64,000 bases of DNA from Somniosus microcephalus (taxonomy: Eukaryota). The stretch covers positions 123,876,001-123,940,000 of the forward strand of contig CM126209.1 of NCBI GenBank assembly GCA_052327205.1, written 5' to 3'. This document shows, one piece after another, positions 24,782 through 37,463 of this stretch; position 1 is the first letter of the stretch, and the number at the start of each line of letters is the position of its first letter. The notes beneath the pieces are model-generated. The model was not told the origin of the DNA. It made no database searches and saw nothing but the letters and a program-made list of their open reading frames with translations. A program made the position numbers and the translations under genes.

Positions 24782-25470
24782 CATAGAAACATAGAAACAT
24801 AGAAGATAGGAGCAGGAGCAGGCCATTCAGCCCCTCGAGCCTGTTCCGCCATTCAATGCGATCATGGCTGACCATCCAAATTCAGTACCCTGTCCCTGCT
24901 TTCTCCCCATATCCCTTGATCCCTTTAGCCTTAAGAAATATATCTAACTCCTTCTTGAATATATTTAATGAATTGGCCTCCACTGCCTTCTGTGGTAGAG
25001 AATTCCACAGATTCACCACTCTCTGGGTGAAGAAATTCCTCCTCATCTCTGTCCTAAATGGCTTACCCCTTATCCTTAGACTGTGACCCCTGGTTCTGGA
25101 CTATCCCGCCATCAGGAACATCCTTCCTGCATCTAGTCTGTCTAGTCCTGTTAGAATTTTATAAGTTTCAATGCGATCCCCTCTCATTCTTCTAAACTCT
25201 AGCGAATACAAGCCCAATCGACCCAATCTCTCTTCATACATCATTCCTGCCATCCCAGGTATCAGTCTGGTGAATCTTCGCTGCACTCTCTCCATGGCAA
25301 GAACATCCTTCCTCAGATAAGGCAACCAAAACTGCACACAATACTCAAGGTGTGGTCTCACCAAGACCCTGTACAACTGCAGCAAGACATCCTTGCTCCT
25401 GTACTCAAATCCTCTCGCTATGAAGGCCAACATACCATTTGCCTTCTGAACCGCCCGCTGCACCTGCATG
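24782..25470 (-). mobile_element. CR1 LINE 3' end (RT C-terminus + 3'UTR), 5'-truncated
   Basis: ORF 25101-25469 KANGMLAFIARGFEYRSKDVLLQLYRVLVRPHLEYCVQFW..ERVQRRFTRLIPG is the classic CR1 ORF2 C-terminus; 8-bp tail repeat CATAGAAA. Confidence 0.95.
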
Positions 25471-25519
25471 GCAACTTAAGGCAACTTATAATAGGCCAGT
25501 GTATGGTACAATTCTAGTG

Positions 25520-25885
25520 CAGGTGTGTAAATGCACCATGCCATACGGGCCTGAGCCATGTTAAACACCAAGGTCCCAAGCTCGATCCCTGGTTTGTGCT
25601 GGTTTAGCTGATCTCAGTTGGGGTGGGGATGGGGACAGTGCAGTTGGCCTCTGTGTCTCGCTGAGCCAAGGAAGGGAAATGATCAGCCGTGGGGTCCTCG
25701 GTCCTGATCACCAGCCAGTGCCTCTAACGTGGACGTTGAGTGAGGACCGGATCAGCCATGGCTGTGATATCCTCTTTAGTTGAGTTGCTCTATCATCAAC
25801 ATGCACAGTCTAGGCTCACACTTGGACAAGCTACTGCAGGACGACCAACCCCAATGGAACTGCATTCCAACAGGAGTTATTGCCC
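25520..25885 (+). mobile_element. SINE family B
   Basis: AAGGTCCCAAGCTCGATCCCTGGTTTGTGCTGGTTTAGCTGATCTCAG, GTGAGGACCGGATC, GTCTAGGCTCACA. Confidence 0.7.
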
Positions 25886-26100
25886 GAAGTTTTCCAATTG
25901 TTACACCGAGGGCAATACGTTCATTTTAAATGGGTTCCCATCGGCATTCCAATCGGAAAATCTAGGCCAGTCTTAAGGAGCGAATGGGAGGGAAAATGAC
26001 AATCAATTTTATGTGGATATTTACAAGGATGATTAAAAAAACCTGAAATACATAAATTAATTATACGGAGGACTTTTGGAAATGACACCAGGTGTATGAT

Positions 26101-26238
26101 CTGGTTTGTGGTAAGATCTACTAGTCTGTGATAAGATTAAATGGACTGTGGTAAAAAACCACTGGCTTGTGATACGATTAACTGGTTTGTAGTAAGATCT
26201 ATTGGTTTGTGGTAAGATCTATTGGTCTATAGTAAGAT
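26101..26238. repeat. 20-bp degenerate tandem repeat (CTGGTTTGTGGTAAGATCTA), ~7 units
   Basis: Period-20 recurrence of TGGTTTGT.GTAAGAT. Confidence 0.8.
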
Positions 26239-26929
26239 GGCCGCATGGATTCTTCAATGATGAGGAAAGTGGCACACACCTGCCCTTTACCCTCATAGTG
26301 AAAAAGTTGTAGGATGAGATGGCTTAAAACTCACATTCTGGTGTGGGCACTGGCCTTACCCAGCAGTCCAGCTGGGAACCATAAGCCACCAGCATTAATG
26401 CAAGTGATGCCAAAAGATGTCTTCGTCCTACCCCTCTCTCCATTCCCTTTCGTGGAGGGTTTGACTGCCCACCAGCATTAATGTTTCCATGGAGTGCCGA
26501 GTGACCTCCGGCACCTCGCCTGGGTGCCCTTTACTCACGTATGACTGGCGGCGGTGAGTGAGTGGCGGCTGGCTATTCAAGTGCGGGACCAACCCTGCCC
26601 TCGCCTGATATCCACCTCGCTTGCACCTCCAGCCTGCAGGAGGCACTGGAAAGTGCCCTTGGGCCTTGCACTCAAGAGTTGTTGCTTTCAGGAGAGGAAA
26701 GCAGCAACTAGAGCGGGAAGAAAAGAGTTTTATGGATTTGACGTCTTGTAATACTGTCGACCTGACTGCTGATCTAACGTAAAGGGACCAGATGCTCTGT
26801 AAAGTGAAAAAATATATATATTGAATGTGATTTCTGAATGTATTGTTAACTAGAAAATACTCTTTAGTAAATGCAGGGATGAAGAGGAGAACATATGAAT
26901 AAAGTTGTCTGATGCTCATATCATCTAAT

Positions 26930-27060
26930 AGCAGCGAGCAGCTGAGTCTGAAAGGCAGCCTGTCACGCCATGTCAAACTGACATTTCATGACATTAATTA
27001 GTTCGGACAATTTTTACCCGTTGTGAACTAGACAGCAGCAGAAAGTGTAGCATCTTTCAA
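26930..27060. promoter_or_regulatory. Candidate enhancer with clustered TALE (Meis/TGIF) sites
   Basis: TGTCA at 26961 and 26971, TGACA at 26979 and 26989, TAATTA at 26995. Confidence 0.4.
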
Positions 27061-27559
27061 GAGAGTAGCAGCTAATCGATAGCTCGAGACGAGCAGTGAG
27101 CTCGCTCCCTATTACATCGAGATCAGGGCTTGGCAGTAGAAAGCAGGGATAGTGCCTGCCTCAACCAAGGAGACATTGCAGACAGAAATATATATATTGT
27201 GTGTGTGTATGTACATATTTACATGTCTGTATGTGTGTGAGTATATATGTGAGTGTGAATGCAAACATAAATGTATGATTGCTTTCTAATATCTTTCATG
27301 TCTAAATCTAAATATATCTACATCTTCGGATTTTGAACAGAATTCTTTCTTTCTCTTTATTTCTCTATACACTTTCCTCTTTTTCTGCTTTTCCTCTTGT
27401 TCTTTTCTCTCCATATAGTGTAGATATTACTGTGTGTGATGTTACTGTACGAATGGTTAATGCACTCATTAAACTCCTCTCTGCTATTTCAACAGAGTTC
27501 TTAACCCATTTATTTGAAATGAGTTACAAATAGTGGACAGAGGGATTTGATACGTCCAT

Positions 27560-27990
27560 GTTAAGTGTTCGTTCCTCTCTATCTCTCTTTTCCTGTCTGC
27601 TCTTTTTTTTGTCAGTCTCTTTATTTCTCCATTTCCTCCCTCTTTGTATCTTTCTGCTCTCTCTTTCTTCTCTATTTTATTCCTCCCTTTCATTCTCCTT
27701 ATTTCTCCTCTCTTTTTCTCTCTCTTGCACTCTATTTCTTTATTTCTCTCTCTATCTGTCTCTATCCCAGTATCTTTCCTCTCTTTTTCCTATATTTTCT
27801 CCATCGCTCTCTCTTTCTCCCCATTCCCGTCTCTGTCTGTTTCTCTCTATTTCCTCTCTTTTCCCTCTTTCCTTCTATTTTTCTCAGCCTCTTTTTCTCT
27901 CGATTCTTCTATTTGCTCTCTCCATTTTGCTTTCTATTTCTCTGCCTGTTTTGTCCCTCTCTCATTTTATTCCATGCTTCTCCTTCAATC
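27560..27990. repeat. ~430-bp polypyrimidine/polypurine low-complexity tract
   Basis: Overwhelmingly C/T on the + strand. Confidence 0.9.
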
Positions 27991-28709
27991 AATATATTGT
28001 TTTCCTGGCCCCGGCTGACACTCAGGACTGTCTATACTTGAAACGGCTCGAATGCTCTTCGATGACAGCCCTCGATGCTGTGGAAGCGACCGACGGTCGG
28101 AAGAGCTGGAAGGAACTGCAGGATTTCCCAATCAATTTTTATAACAAAATTGGTCAGAAGCCTACAGGGACGGGGAAAAAAAAGTCAATGCAGATTTTGC
28201 GAAACCAAATCCAGTTGGAAATGGAGACCACTGAATAACAACAGCTCCCTTCATCAATCAAAAGGAATGAAGAGTCCTTTTGTTATTGAAACATTTTCGC
28301 CTACGTGTGGTGCATTACTGCTCAGATCTCTTGGCCTCCTCCCGCACCCCCCACCCCCCAATCTCCTGTCGTATTTTTAAATCAGGAATCTAAACTTTCT
28401 GTTGATTTGATTTTGTGTTTTTACATTTGTTTATTTCTCTTCTTGATGCCTCTTGTTGACTGCTCTTCTCTGGCTGAGCGGGTTTGGCTATCTGGGCAGT
28501 CCAGTTTTCGACTGTGATCAGCCAGATGCAGATAAAATTTGACCAGCATTTATTTCTCCACGGGTTCTCCTCAGGATTCAGGTCTGCGCAGCACTGAGTC
28601 AAGCAGTCAGCCCGAGTCCCAGGACTCAAGCACTCAATCACTTGAGCTATTTGCTGTCATAGTCTGATTCTTTCAAGGAGGGAAAAAATGCCCTAGCTTA
28701 CAAGCGCCC

Positions 28710-28880
28710 CCAAAGGCCTAGTGGGCAAATTCGCCATGCGGTGTGGTGCTGAGCCACATAGACCAGGAGGTCTAAGATTCAATCAGTAGTCTGTGCTGAG
28801 TTAGTCCGTCTCAGCCAAAGTGCCTGCTCCTTATCACTATCCAGCCATCCCATTGAAACGTGTGCATGGCAGTAGGTGAA
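28710..28880 (+). mobile_element. SINE family B 5' portion
   Basis: GTGTGGTGCTGAGCCACATAGACCAGGAGG, GATTCAATC, GTCTGTGCTGAGTTAG, ATCACTATCCAG. Confidence 0.7.
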
Positions 28881-29080
28881 ATTCTTCTTTTAACAAAAGT
28901 TGAGAGAATGCCTGTCTTTCTCTCTAGTCAACCCGCTGATGAAATTGTGGGAGCGTAGAGCTTCTGAGAATGGGATTTTGCTAGTGGTTCATTGATTATA
29001 GCAAAAGACAAGTGCTGACTCTCCTATATTTCATTAAAAGAGGAACTTAACCCATGGACACTTACTAACCCCTGAGGAAA

Positions 29081-32000
29081 GTACCCATGGGTGAGGACAC
29101 GATTGGCTGTAGTAACCTTACAGCCCCCGGGGCTGGTACCCATGGGCAGGGACACGATTGGCTGTAGTGACCTTACAGCCCCCGGGGCTAGTACCCATGG
29201 GCAGGGACATGACTGGCTGTAGTACCCTGACAGCCCCCGGGGCTAGTACCCATGGGCAGGGACACGATTGGCTGTAGTACCCTGACAGCCCCCGGGGCTA
29301 GTACCCATGGGCAGGGACACGATTGGCTGTAGTACCCTTACAGCCCCCGGGGCTAGTACCCATGGGCAGGGACACGATTGGCTGTAGTACCCTTACAGCC
29401 CCCGGGGCTGGTACCCATGGGCAGGGACACGATTGGCTGTAGTGACCTTACAGCCCCCGGGGCTAGTACCCATGGGCAGGGACACGACTGGCTGTAGTAC
29501 CCTGACAGCCCCCGGGGCTAGTACCCATGGGCAGGGACACGACTGGCTGTTGTGTCCTTACAGCCCCCGGGGCTAGTACCCATGGGCAGGGACACGATTG
29601 GCTGTAGTGACCTTACAGCCCCCGGGGCTAGTACCCATGGGCAGGGACACGATTGGCTGTAGTACCCTTACAACCCCCGGGGCTAGTATCCATGGGCAGG
29701 GACACGACTGGCGGTAGTGACCTTACAGCCCCCGGGGCTAGTACCCATGGGCAGGGACACGACTGGCGGTAGTGACCTTACAGCCCCTGGGGCTAGTACC
29801 CATGGGCAGGGACATGACTGGCTGTTGTGTCCTTACAGCCCCCGGGGCTAGTACCCATGGGCAGGGACACGACTGGCTGTAGTGACCTTACAGCCCCCAG
29901 GGCTAGTACCCATGGGCAGGGACACGATTGGCTGTAGTACCCTTACAACCCCCGGGGCTAGTACACATGGGCAGGGACACGACTGGCGGTAGTGACCTTA
30001 CAGCCCCCGGGGCTAGTACCCATGGGCAGGGACACGACTGGCGGTAGTGACCTTACAGCCCCTGGGGCTAGTACCCATGGGCATGGACACGACTGGCTGT
30101 AGTGACCTTACAGCCCCCGGGGCTAGTACCCATGGGCAGGGACATGACTGGCTGTAATACCCTAACAGCCCCCGGGGCTAGTACCCATGGGCAGGGACAC
30201 GATTGGCTGTTGTACCCTTACAGCCCCCGGGGCTAGTACCCATGGGCAGGGACACGACTGGCTGTAGTACCTTTACAGCCCCCGGGGCTAGTACCCATGG
30301 GCAGGGACACGATTGGTTGTAGTGACCTTACAGCCCCTGGGGCTAGTACCCATGGGCAGGGACACGACCAGCTATAGTGACCATACAGCCCCCGGGGTTA
30401 GTACCCATGAACAGGGACACGACTGGCTGTAGTGACCTTACAGCCCCCGGGGCTAGTACCCATGGGCAGGGACACGACTGGCTGTAGTACCCTTACAGCC
30501 CCCGGGGCTAGTACCCATGGGCAGGGACACAATTGGCTGTAGTACCCTTACAGCCCCCGGGGCTAGTACCCATGGGCAGGGGCACGATTGGCTGTAGTAC
30601 CCTTACAGCCCCCGGGGCTAGTACCCATGGGCAGGGGCACGATTGGCTGTAGTACCCTTACAGCCCCCGGGACTAGTACCCATGGGCAGGGACACGACTG
30701 GCTGTAATACCCTTACAGCTCCCGGGGCTAGTACCCATGGGCAGGGGCACGATTGGCTGTAGTGTCCTTACAGCCCCCGGGGCTAGTACCCATGGGCAGG
30801 GGCACGACTGGCTGTAGTACCCTTACAGCCCCCGGGGCTAGTACCCATGGGCAGGGACACGACTGGCTGTAGTACCCTTACAGCCCCCGGGGCTAGTACC
30901 CATGGGCAGGGGCACGATTGGCTGTAGTACCCTTACAGCCCCCGGGACTAGTACCCATGGGCAGGGACACGACTGGCTGTAATACCCTTACAGCCCCCGG
31001 GGCTAGTACCCATGGGCAGGGGCACGATTGGCTGTAGTGTCCTTACAGCCCCCGGGGCTAGTACCCATGGGCAGGGACACGACTGGCTGTAGTACCCTTA
31101 CAGCCCCCGGGGCTAGTACCCATGGGCAGGGACACAATTGGCTGTAGTACCCTTACAGCCCCCGGGGCTAGTACCCATGGGCAGGGACACGATTGGCTGT
31201 AGTGATCTTACAACCCCCGGGGCTAGTACCCATGGGCAGGGACACGATTGGCTGTAGTACCCTTACAGCCCCCGGGGCTAGTACCCATGGGCAGGGACAT
31301 GATTGGTTGTAGTGACGTTACAGCCCCCGGGGCTAGTACCCATGGGCAGGGACACGTCTGGCTGTAGTACCCTTACAGCCCCCGGGGCTAGTACCCATGG
31401 GCAGGGACACGATTGGCTGTTGTACCCTTACAACCCCCGGGGCTAGTACCCATGGGCAGGGACACGATTGGCTGTAGTACCCTTACAGCCCCCGGGGCTA
31501 GTACCCATGGGCAGGGACACGACTGGTTGTAGTACCCTTACAGCCCCCGGGGCTAGTACCCATGGGCAGGGACACGACTGGCTGTAGTACCCTTACAGCC
31601 CCCGGGGCTAGTACCCATGGGCAGGGGCACGATTGGCTGTAGTACCCTTACAGCCCCCGGGGCTAGTACCCATGGGCAGGGACACGATTGGCTGTAGTAC
31701 CCTTACAACCCCCGGGGCTAGTACCCATGGGCAGGGACACGACTGGCTGTAGTACCCTTACAGCCCCCGGGGCCATGGGCAGGGGCACGATTGGCTGTAG
31801 TACCCTTACAGCCCCCGGGGCTAGTACCCATGGGCAGGGACACGATTGGCTGTAGTACCCTTACAACCCCCGGGGCTAGTACCCATGGGCAGGGACACGA
31901 CTGGCTGTAGTACCCTTACAGCCCCCGGGTCTAGTACCCATGGGCAGGGCACGTCTGGCTGTAGTGACCTTACAACCCCCGCGGCTAGTACCCATGGGCA

Positions 32001-32955
32001 GGGACACGACTGGCTGTAGTACCCTTACAGCCCCCGGGGCTAGTACCCATGGGCAGGGGCACGACTGGCTGTAGTACCCTTACAGCCCCCGGGGCTAGTA
32101 CCCATGGGCAGGGACACGACTGGCTGTAGTACCCTTACAGCCCCCGGGGCTAGTACCCATGGGCAGGGACATGATTGGCTGTAGTACCCTTACAGCCCCC
32201 GGGGCTAGTACCCATGGGCAGGGGCACGACTGGCTGTAGTACCCTTACAGCCCCGGGGCTAGTACCCATGGGCAGGGACACGACTGGCTGTAGTACCCTT
32301 ACAGCCCCCGGTGCTAGTACCCATGGGCAGGGACACGACTGGCTGTAGTACCCTTACAGCCCCCGGGACTAGTACCCATGGGCAGGGACACGACTGGCTG
32401 TCGTACCCTTACAGCCCCCGGGGCTAGTACCCATGGGCAGGGACACGACTGGCTGTAGTACCCTTACAGCCCCCGGGACTAGTACCCATGGGCAGGGACA
32501 CGACTGGCTGTAGTACCCTTACAGCCCCCGGGGCTAGTACCCATGGGCAGGGACACGACTGGCTGTAATACCCTTACAGCCCCCGGGGCTAGTACCCATG
32601 GGCAGGGACACGACTGGCTGTAGTACCCTTACAGCCCCCGGGGCTAATACCCATGGGCAGGGACACGACTGGCTGTAGTACCCTTACAGCCCCCGGGACT
32701 AGTACCCATGGGCAGGGACACGACTGGCTGTAGTACCCTTACAGCCCCCGGGGCTAGTACCCATGGGCAGGGACACGACTGGCTGTAGTACCCTTACAGC
32801 CCCCGGGACTAGTACCCATGGGCAGGGACACAACTGGCTGTAGTACTCTTACAGTCCCCGGGGCTAGTACCCATAGGCAGGGACACGACTGGCTGTAATA
32901 CCCTTACAGCCCCCGGGGCTAGTACCCATGGGCAGGGACACGACTGGCTGTAGTA
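29081..32955. repeat. 55-bp GC-rich minisatellite, ~70 units
   Basis: Consensus GTACCCATGGGCAGGGACACGAYTGGCTGTAGTACCCTTACAGCCCCCGGGGCTA; units start at 29081, 29136, etc.; few indels. Confidence 0.98.
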
Positions 32956-33734
32956 TCCCCCCCCCCCGCCAGATACCATGGGATCACTGGCACCGTGGCT
33001 CTTTACCCCAGTATGAGGAGGGAAGGGAGCCCCTTTTATTTGGGGTGGAGACACTAATACGACCCAAAGGCAGGCATCCACCTTGTGAATGTGCTATAAA
33101 TTGCTTGCGCATTGCGGATTGCGTTCCCTCTTTTTGTTACCTGGACCTCCCTCAGTAGGTTGCCCCGATCCCTGCCACGTTCCCAGCAGCTTTTAGCTGC
33201 CAAACTGTGAATATTAATAGAAGTAAATACTAGGAGACTGCAGCTCTATTGCGGGAGGGCGAGCGAGTGCATGAATTTTTGTGAGTCTCCCAGACATTTA
33301 TGGAGCAGTATTTGCATAGGATCTGGGCATTCGGTTTGTTGGTTCTATCTCTCATTTTTTTTTCATTTTGAACAGAATATTGAATTCTTGTTTACTTGAA
33401 TCGGTGCGATTATTTATTTTACACACCACTGTTTGAGAATACTAATAAGCCTGTGCAAGTCTGGCAGGATTACTGTTCTGCTGCATTTGAAATCATAACC
33501 CTGCCTAATGGAAATGTGAGCCTTCTTATTTATTTAAAGAGACACTGACTAGGGGTCTGCTATGTGTGGGGGTGGGGGGGCTGGGCGGTGGTGTGGTTCA
33601 GGTACTTTTACAATTCATGCTTTCCGTGACTGTGGATTCAGCCGTTTGGATAAGGGAGCCCGTTTTACCAACACAAACATGGGGAGCCAGTGCATGAGCG
33701 TCACTCTCCTGCGATCCTGGCTACAGAAACATGA

Positions 33735-33896
33735 GTTAACTTTCAAAAAGGGAATTGGATAAATACGTGAAAAGGAAAAATCTACAAGGGCTGTGGGGAA
33801 AGAGCAGGGGCCGTGGGACTAATTGGAGAGTTCTTTCAAAGAGTCGGCACAGGAACGGTGGGCCGAATGGCCTCCTTCTGCGCTGTAAGATTCTGC
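33735..33896 (+). mobile_element. CR1 LINE 3' end
   Basis: TTTCAAAAAGGGAATTGGATAAATAC..GGGCCGAATGGCCTCCTTCTGCGCTGTAAGATTCTG terminal hairpin and tail. Confidence 0.85.
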
Positions 33897-33924
33897 GCAG
33901 AGGTGCCCTTTAGTGACTAAGGAT

Positions 33925-34315
33925 GCTCGTGATCCAAAAGGTCTCCAGGTTCAATCCCTATCCTGTGCTGAATTAGTTGATTTCAACTGGAGCAACAGTT
34001 GGGTGGCTTCCATTGACCTCAGCGTGACTGGGCTTGGGAGAGGAGGAATCAGCCAGCATTCCTGCTCCTGCTTGTGACACAGTGACCCCTGCTGAAAAGT
34101 TCACACATAATAGACATCAGTTGAGAACAAAATTTGTCTGAGTGGTGAGTCCCCCTCCTACATGACCAAATAGCCTTTCACGATTCGATGTCCAGTGTGA
34201 CAGGTGAAGAAGAATGGACTGTTGGGAGAGGGGCCGGAGAGCTAGCAATGTCAATGGAACTGTACCCCTGGATGAGCCACATGACTTCAGGAGAGGAGTG
34301 AAGTAAAGGAGAGAA
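33925..34315 (+). mobile_element. SINE family B
   Basis: B box CCAGGTTCAATCCC, CTGTGCTGAATTAGTTGA, AATCAGCCAGCATTCCTGCTCCTG, AGTGACCCCTGCTGAAAAG, GGAACTGTACCCC, CTTCAGGAGAGGAG. Confidence 0.72.
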
Positions 34316-35175
34316 AATCAGAAGGGAAAGCGGGACAACAAGTGAAAACAATCGTCTGCCAGCAAATGCCTGGGAGATGGACCGTGTTCCAGTTTGTGAG
34401 GCAGGCAGCAAGTCTGAACTTAAAGGCAGCATTTTAAATAGAATTTTTTGTCTCTCTCTCTCTCTTGTTTTCGATGTGAAACAAGGGTTAAGCAAAGGCC
34501 TGTTGCTGTTTTATTTAAGATGACACTAATGTATGTCCCACCTGACAAGGGAGATGTGAAAGTTTTGTTGGTGAAGTGGTATAAAGCAAACTATTCTTGA
34601 GAGGGACCGGCGGGATTTGTCTGCCTGCTAAGTAATTATTAAGGCTGAACTGTAAGGCAGCGAAAGGACTCTTGGTGTATGAGCTGCCACCTTGTCTCAT
34701 TTCCATGTCTCTCAACTGTCAAGCTGTCCTGCATTCCAAAAAAAAAGAGACCAATATGAATTTTATTTACCCTATTTGCTGTGAGTTAGGGTGTTTGAAC
34801 TCCATTAAAGTACAAATTACCATATTAAAACCCAGTGATGACAGTGATTTTAGTGTTTTGTACGATTTATTTCCTCATTAGCATACTGCCCTTGGGCCAG
34901 TATAATTGGTACAAGAAGACTCGCTCTCTGTGCTACTTATAGTCTCCCCTTTGAACCCAGAGAGAAGCCAACACAGGGAACATATAATACAAAGAGCAAA
35001 GAGGGTTGTTTCATTATTCATGCAGCTTTGAACTAATAAAACACAATGTCAATATATTTGGAGATATATGACATAATGTAGGTAGGTGGGAGAGTAACTT
35101 TCTACCATTTCAAGCTGCTTAAAGGTGCTTGTACTTGCTTCCCGACTCACTCACCCAGCAGCAACCCCAATGCAA

Positions 35176-35242
35176 CTAAGACCAGCCACTGGGAAGACCC
35201 ACTTTTTTTATGAACACAATCTTCCCAGTGGCTGGGTCTTAG
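35176..35242. repeat. Near-perfect 22-bp inverted repeat with 22-nt loop
   Basis: CTAAGACCAGCCACTGGGAAGA versus TCTTCCCAGTGGCTGGGTCTTAG (one-base bulge). Confidence 0.85.
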
Positions 35243-35531
35243 CGAAAGCTGGAAATTTATGTTAAAGTTGGCACTCGTGCCAGCTCTCTAAGCTTAGTGT
35301 AAAAGCATCTTTATTGTAGTAAATGTTCTCCCTCCATTGGTACTGTAGTGGAATTGAGGTAGCACTGCTGCCTCCTGAGGCCATCCTGGGTGTGAGGTCA
35401 GCTATCTTAGCGCAGGCCCAGGATCGAACCTGGGACCTTCCATGCCTCAGGGATGGGGCCTTGTATCTATGGCTGCCTTTATACTCCCAACTATAGTGTT
35501 ATAGCGAATGCTAAAGTAAGAGTATAAAATT

Positions 35532-35916
35532 ATTTTAAACATTCTCATCCTTGTTTTCAAATTCCTCCATGGCTTCACCCCTCTCTATCTCTGTAACCTC
35601 CTCCAGCCCCACAACCCTCTGAGATATCTGCGCTCCTCCGATTCTGGTCTCTTACGCATCCATGATTCTCATCGCTCAACCATTGGTGGCCGTGCCTTCA
35701 GCTGCCTAGGCCCTAAGCTCTGGAATTCCCTCCCTAAACCTCTCCACCTCTCTCTCTTCCTTGAACACACTCCATAAACCCTACCTCTTTGACCAAGCTT
35801 TTGGTCACAGGTCCTAATATCACCTTATGTGGCTCGGTGTCAAATGTTGTTTGATATCACTCCTGTTGAAGTGCCTTGGGACGTTTTACTATATTAATGC
35901 AAGTTATTGTTGTTGT
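35532..35916 (+). mobile_element. L2 LINE 3' end
   Basis: TTTAAACATTCTC, CTCTGGAATTCCCTCCC, CCTACCTCTTTGACCAAGCTTTT, tail AATGCAAGTTA(TTG)n; related copies at 40125, 50464, 62668. Confidence 0.88.
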
Positions 35917-37463
35917 ATAAACCTGACTCCAAATTGAAACAGAAACCCACAGCGGCTAGGGACTTCCATATTGTCAGTAGGGCCTCCTGAAGCTCGGCTA
36001 CCCAGTGCAAAGTTGCACAGCATTGTGACGCCATTGTGCTATGAGTGACGCTGTGAACTGGACTCGTGTTCAAAGATTGAGTATGGACTTGGGGGTACCA
36101 GCATGAATTGGCTTCCATTGAGGATGGATTAATGTGGTTTCCAGATTGCTGTCTCATCAGCGACCTTTCAGGGTTAGTGCAGAAAACATTATGGTCAAAA
36201 ACGGAATTGTAAAAGTATGCAGTTGCTTTTGTGTTGCTGAAGCCTGTGGAACCGATCCCACTGCACTGTCAACAGTAGCAGAGTGAATCAGTCTTTCTGC
36301 ATTAAGCAACAATCCCCCAAGTGGGCCAGTGTACCCTTTTCCTTATTTTTGTAGTGGTACACAAACAGAAGCTGAACTGATTGTACCATGTGTCTCTCAC
36401 CATATTTAGCGTTCTGTGCGTTTTGGCTACCGTGGAGTAAAGCAGGTTAGGAACAGAACCAAAGTGTTAACTCGGTCCGCCTTCGGAGAGATCAAAGGAT
36501 TATACGTGCTTAGGACAGAGATACGGTCCAGGCCACAATGCAGTTTCAATGTTACACTCCTGCTGAAGGCGGGGGGGGGGAGGGGGAGACCGGGATGGAA
36601 GGGCGAGGAAAAAGACACGGGAGTCTTATTCCCCACAGTAAACATTTTGTCTTTGCTTCTGCAGTGTGGTTTTTTTTAAATATGGACCTAACAACAATTT
36701 GCTACAATTGGATTCTAAGCACAAGAATTTGCTGATGGGCTAACAAAAAGGTTCTTTTCCTGCAATTATTCAGCTATCTTTCTGCAAATTTGTCATTTGT
36801 GAAAATCTATGTGGGGAGGGGAGATAAGCGACCACCGTTGGAGGAATGTCAGAAAATAGCGCGTCAGCATATCTCTGCGAGTCGGGACCATAGTGTGTTT
36901 TAATTTAGCGATAATGAGGAGGAAAATGTCCATTAATTGGTAAAATAATTCACATCAATACTGAAGCACTTGTGATGTATTTTAATCACTAGCTAATAGG
37001 GAACATTATAAAAAGCAACGTCCTGCTTTTGTGCCTTTTTGTTTTACTTCAAACTTTCTTCCGTCTGACATGGTGGAATAATGATGATTCTTTTTTTGAT
37101 TACATTATTTTTTTTCACATCTTCCTCCCCTATCGTCCCCAAGTATGCCGGCTCCTTGCTGGCAAGTAGTTCCATGGGCGCTGGCAGCCCCTCCGGTGCC
37201 CAAATAGCCACGCTCCATAGGTGAGTCTAGACCGTGAGCATCAAATTACCACAAATTCATTCAGCTGAAGGCAACGATTTCCGATGCGTTTCAACCACAT
37301 GAGCACATAATCTTGGCTGACGCTACAGTGGGGAGGACTCTCGCCCTCTGAGTCCGAAGGTCGTGGGTTCGAGCCCCACTCCATGAAACTTGAGCACATC
37401 ACCTCGGCTGACACTCCCAGCGCAGTGCTGAGGGAGTGCTGCACTGTCAGAGGTGCCGCCTTT

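Noticed and set aside
27558-28238. 226-aa hydrophobic membrane-like ORF
   Set aside because: Leu/Ser/Phe bias results from the CT-rich low-complexity tract and appears in all three frames.
29081-32955. CRISPR array or coding repeat
   Set aside because: Head-to-tail units with no unique spacers; 55 is not a multiple of 3 and stops recur.
37315-37385. tRNA gene (A/B boxes); similar cases at 11511, 23050, 35410
   Set aside because: These are SINE heads continuing into SINE bodies; no complete cloverleaf or terminator seen.
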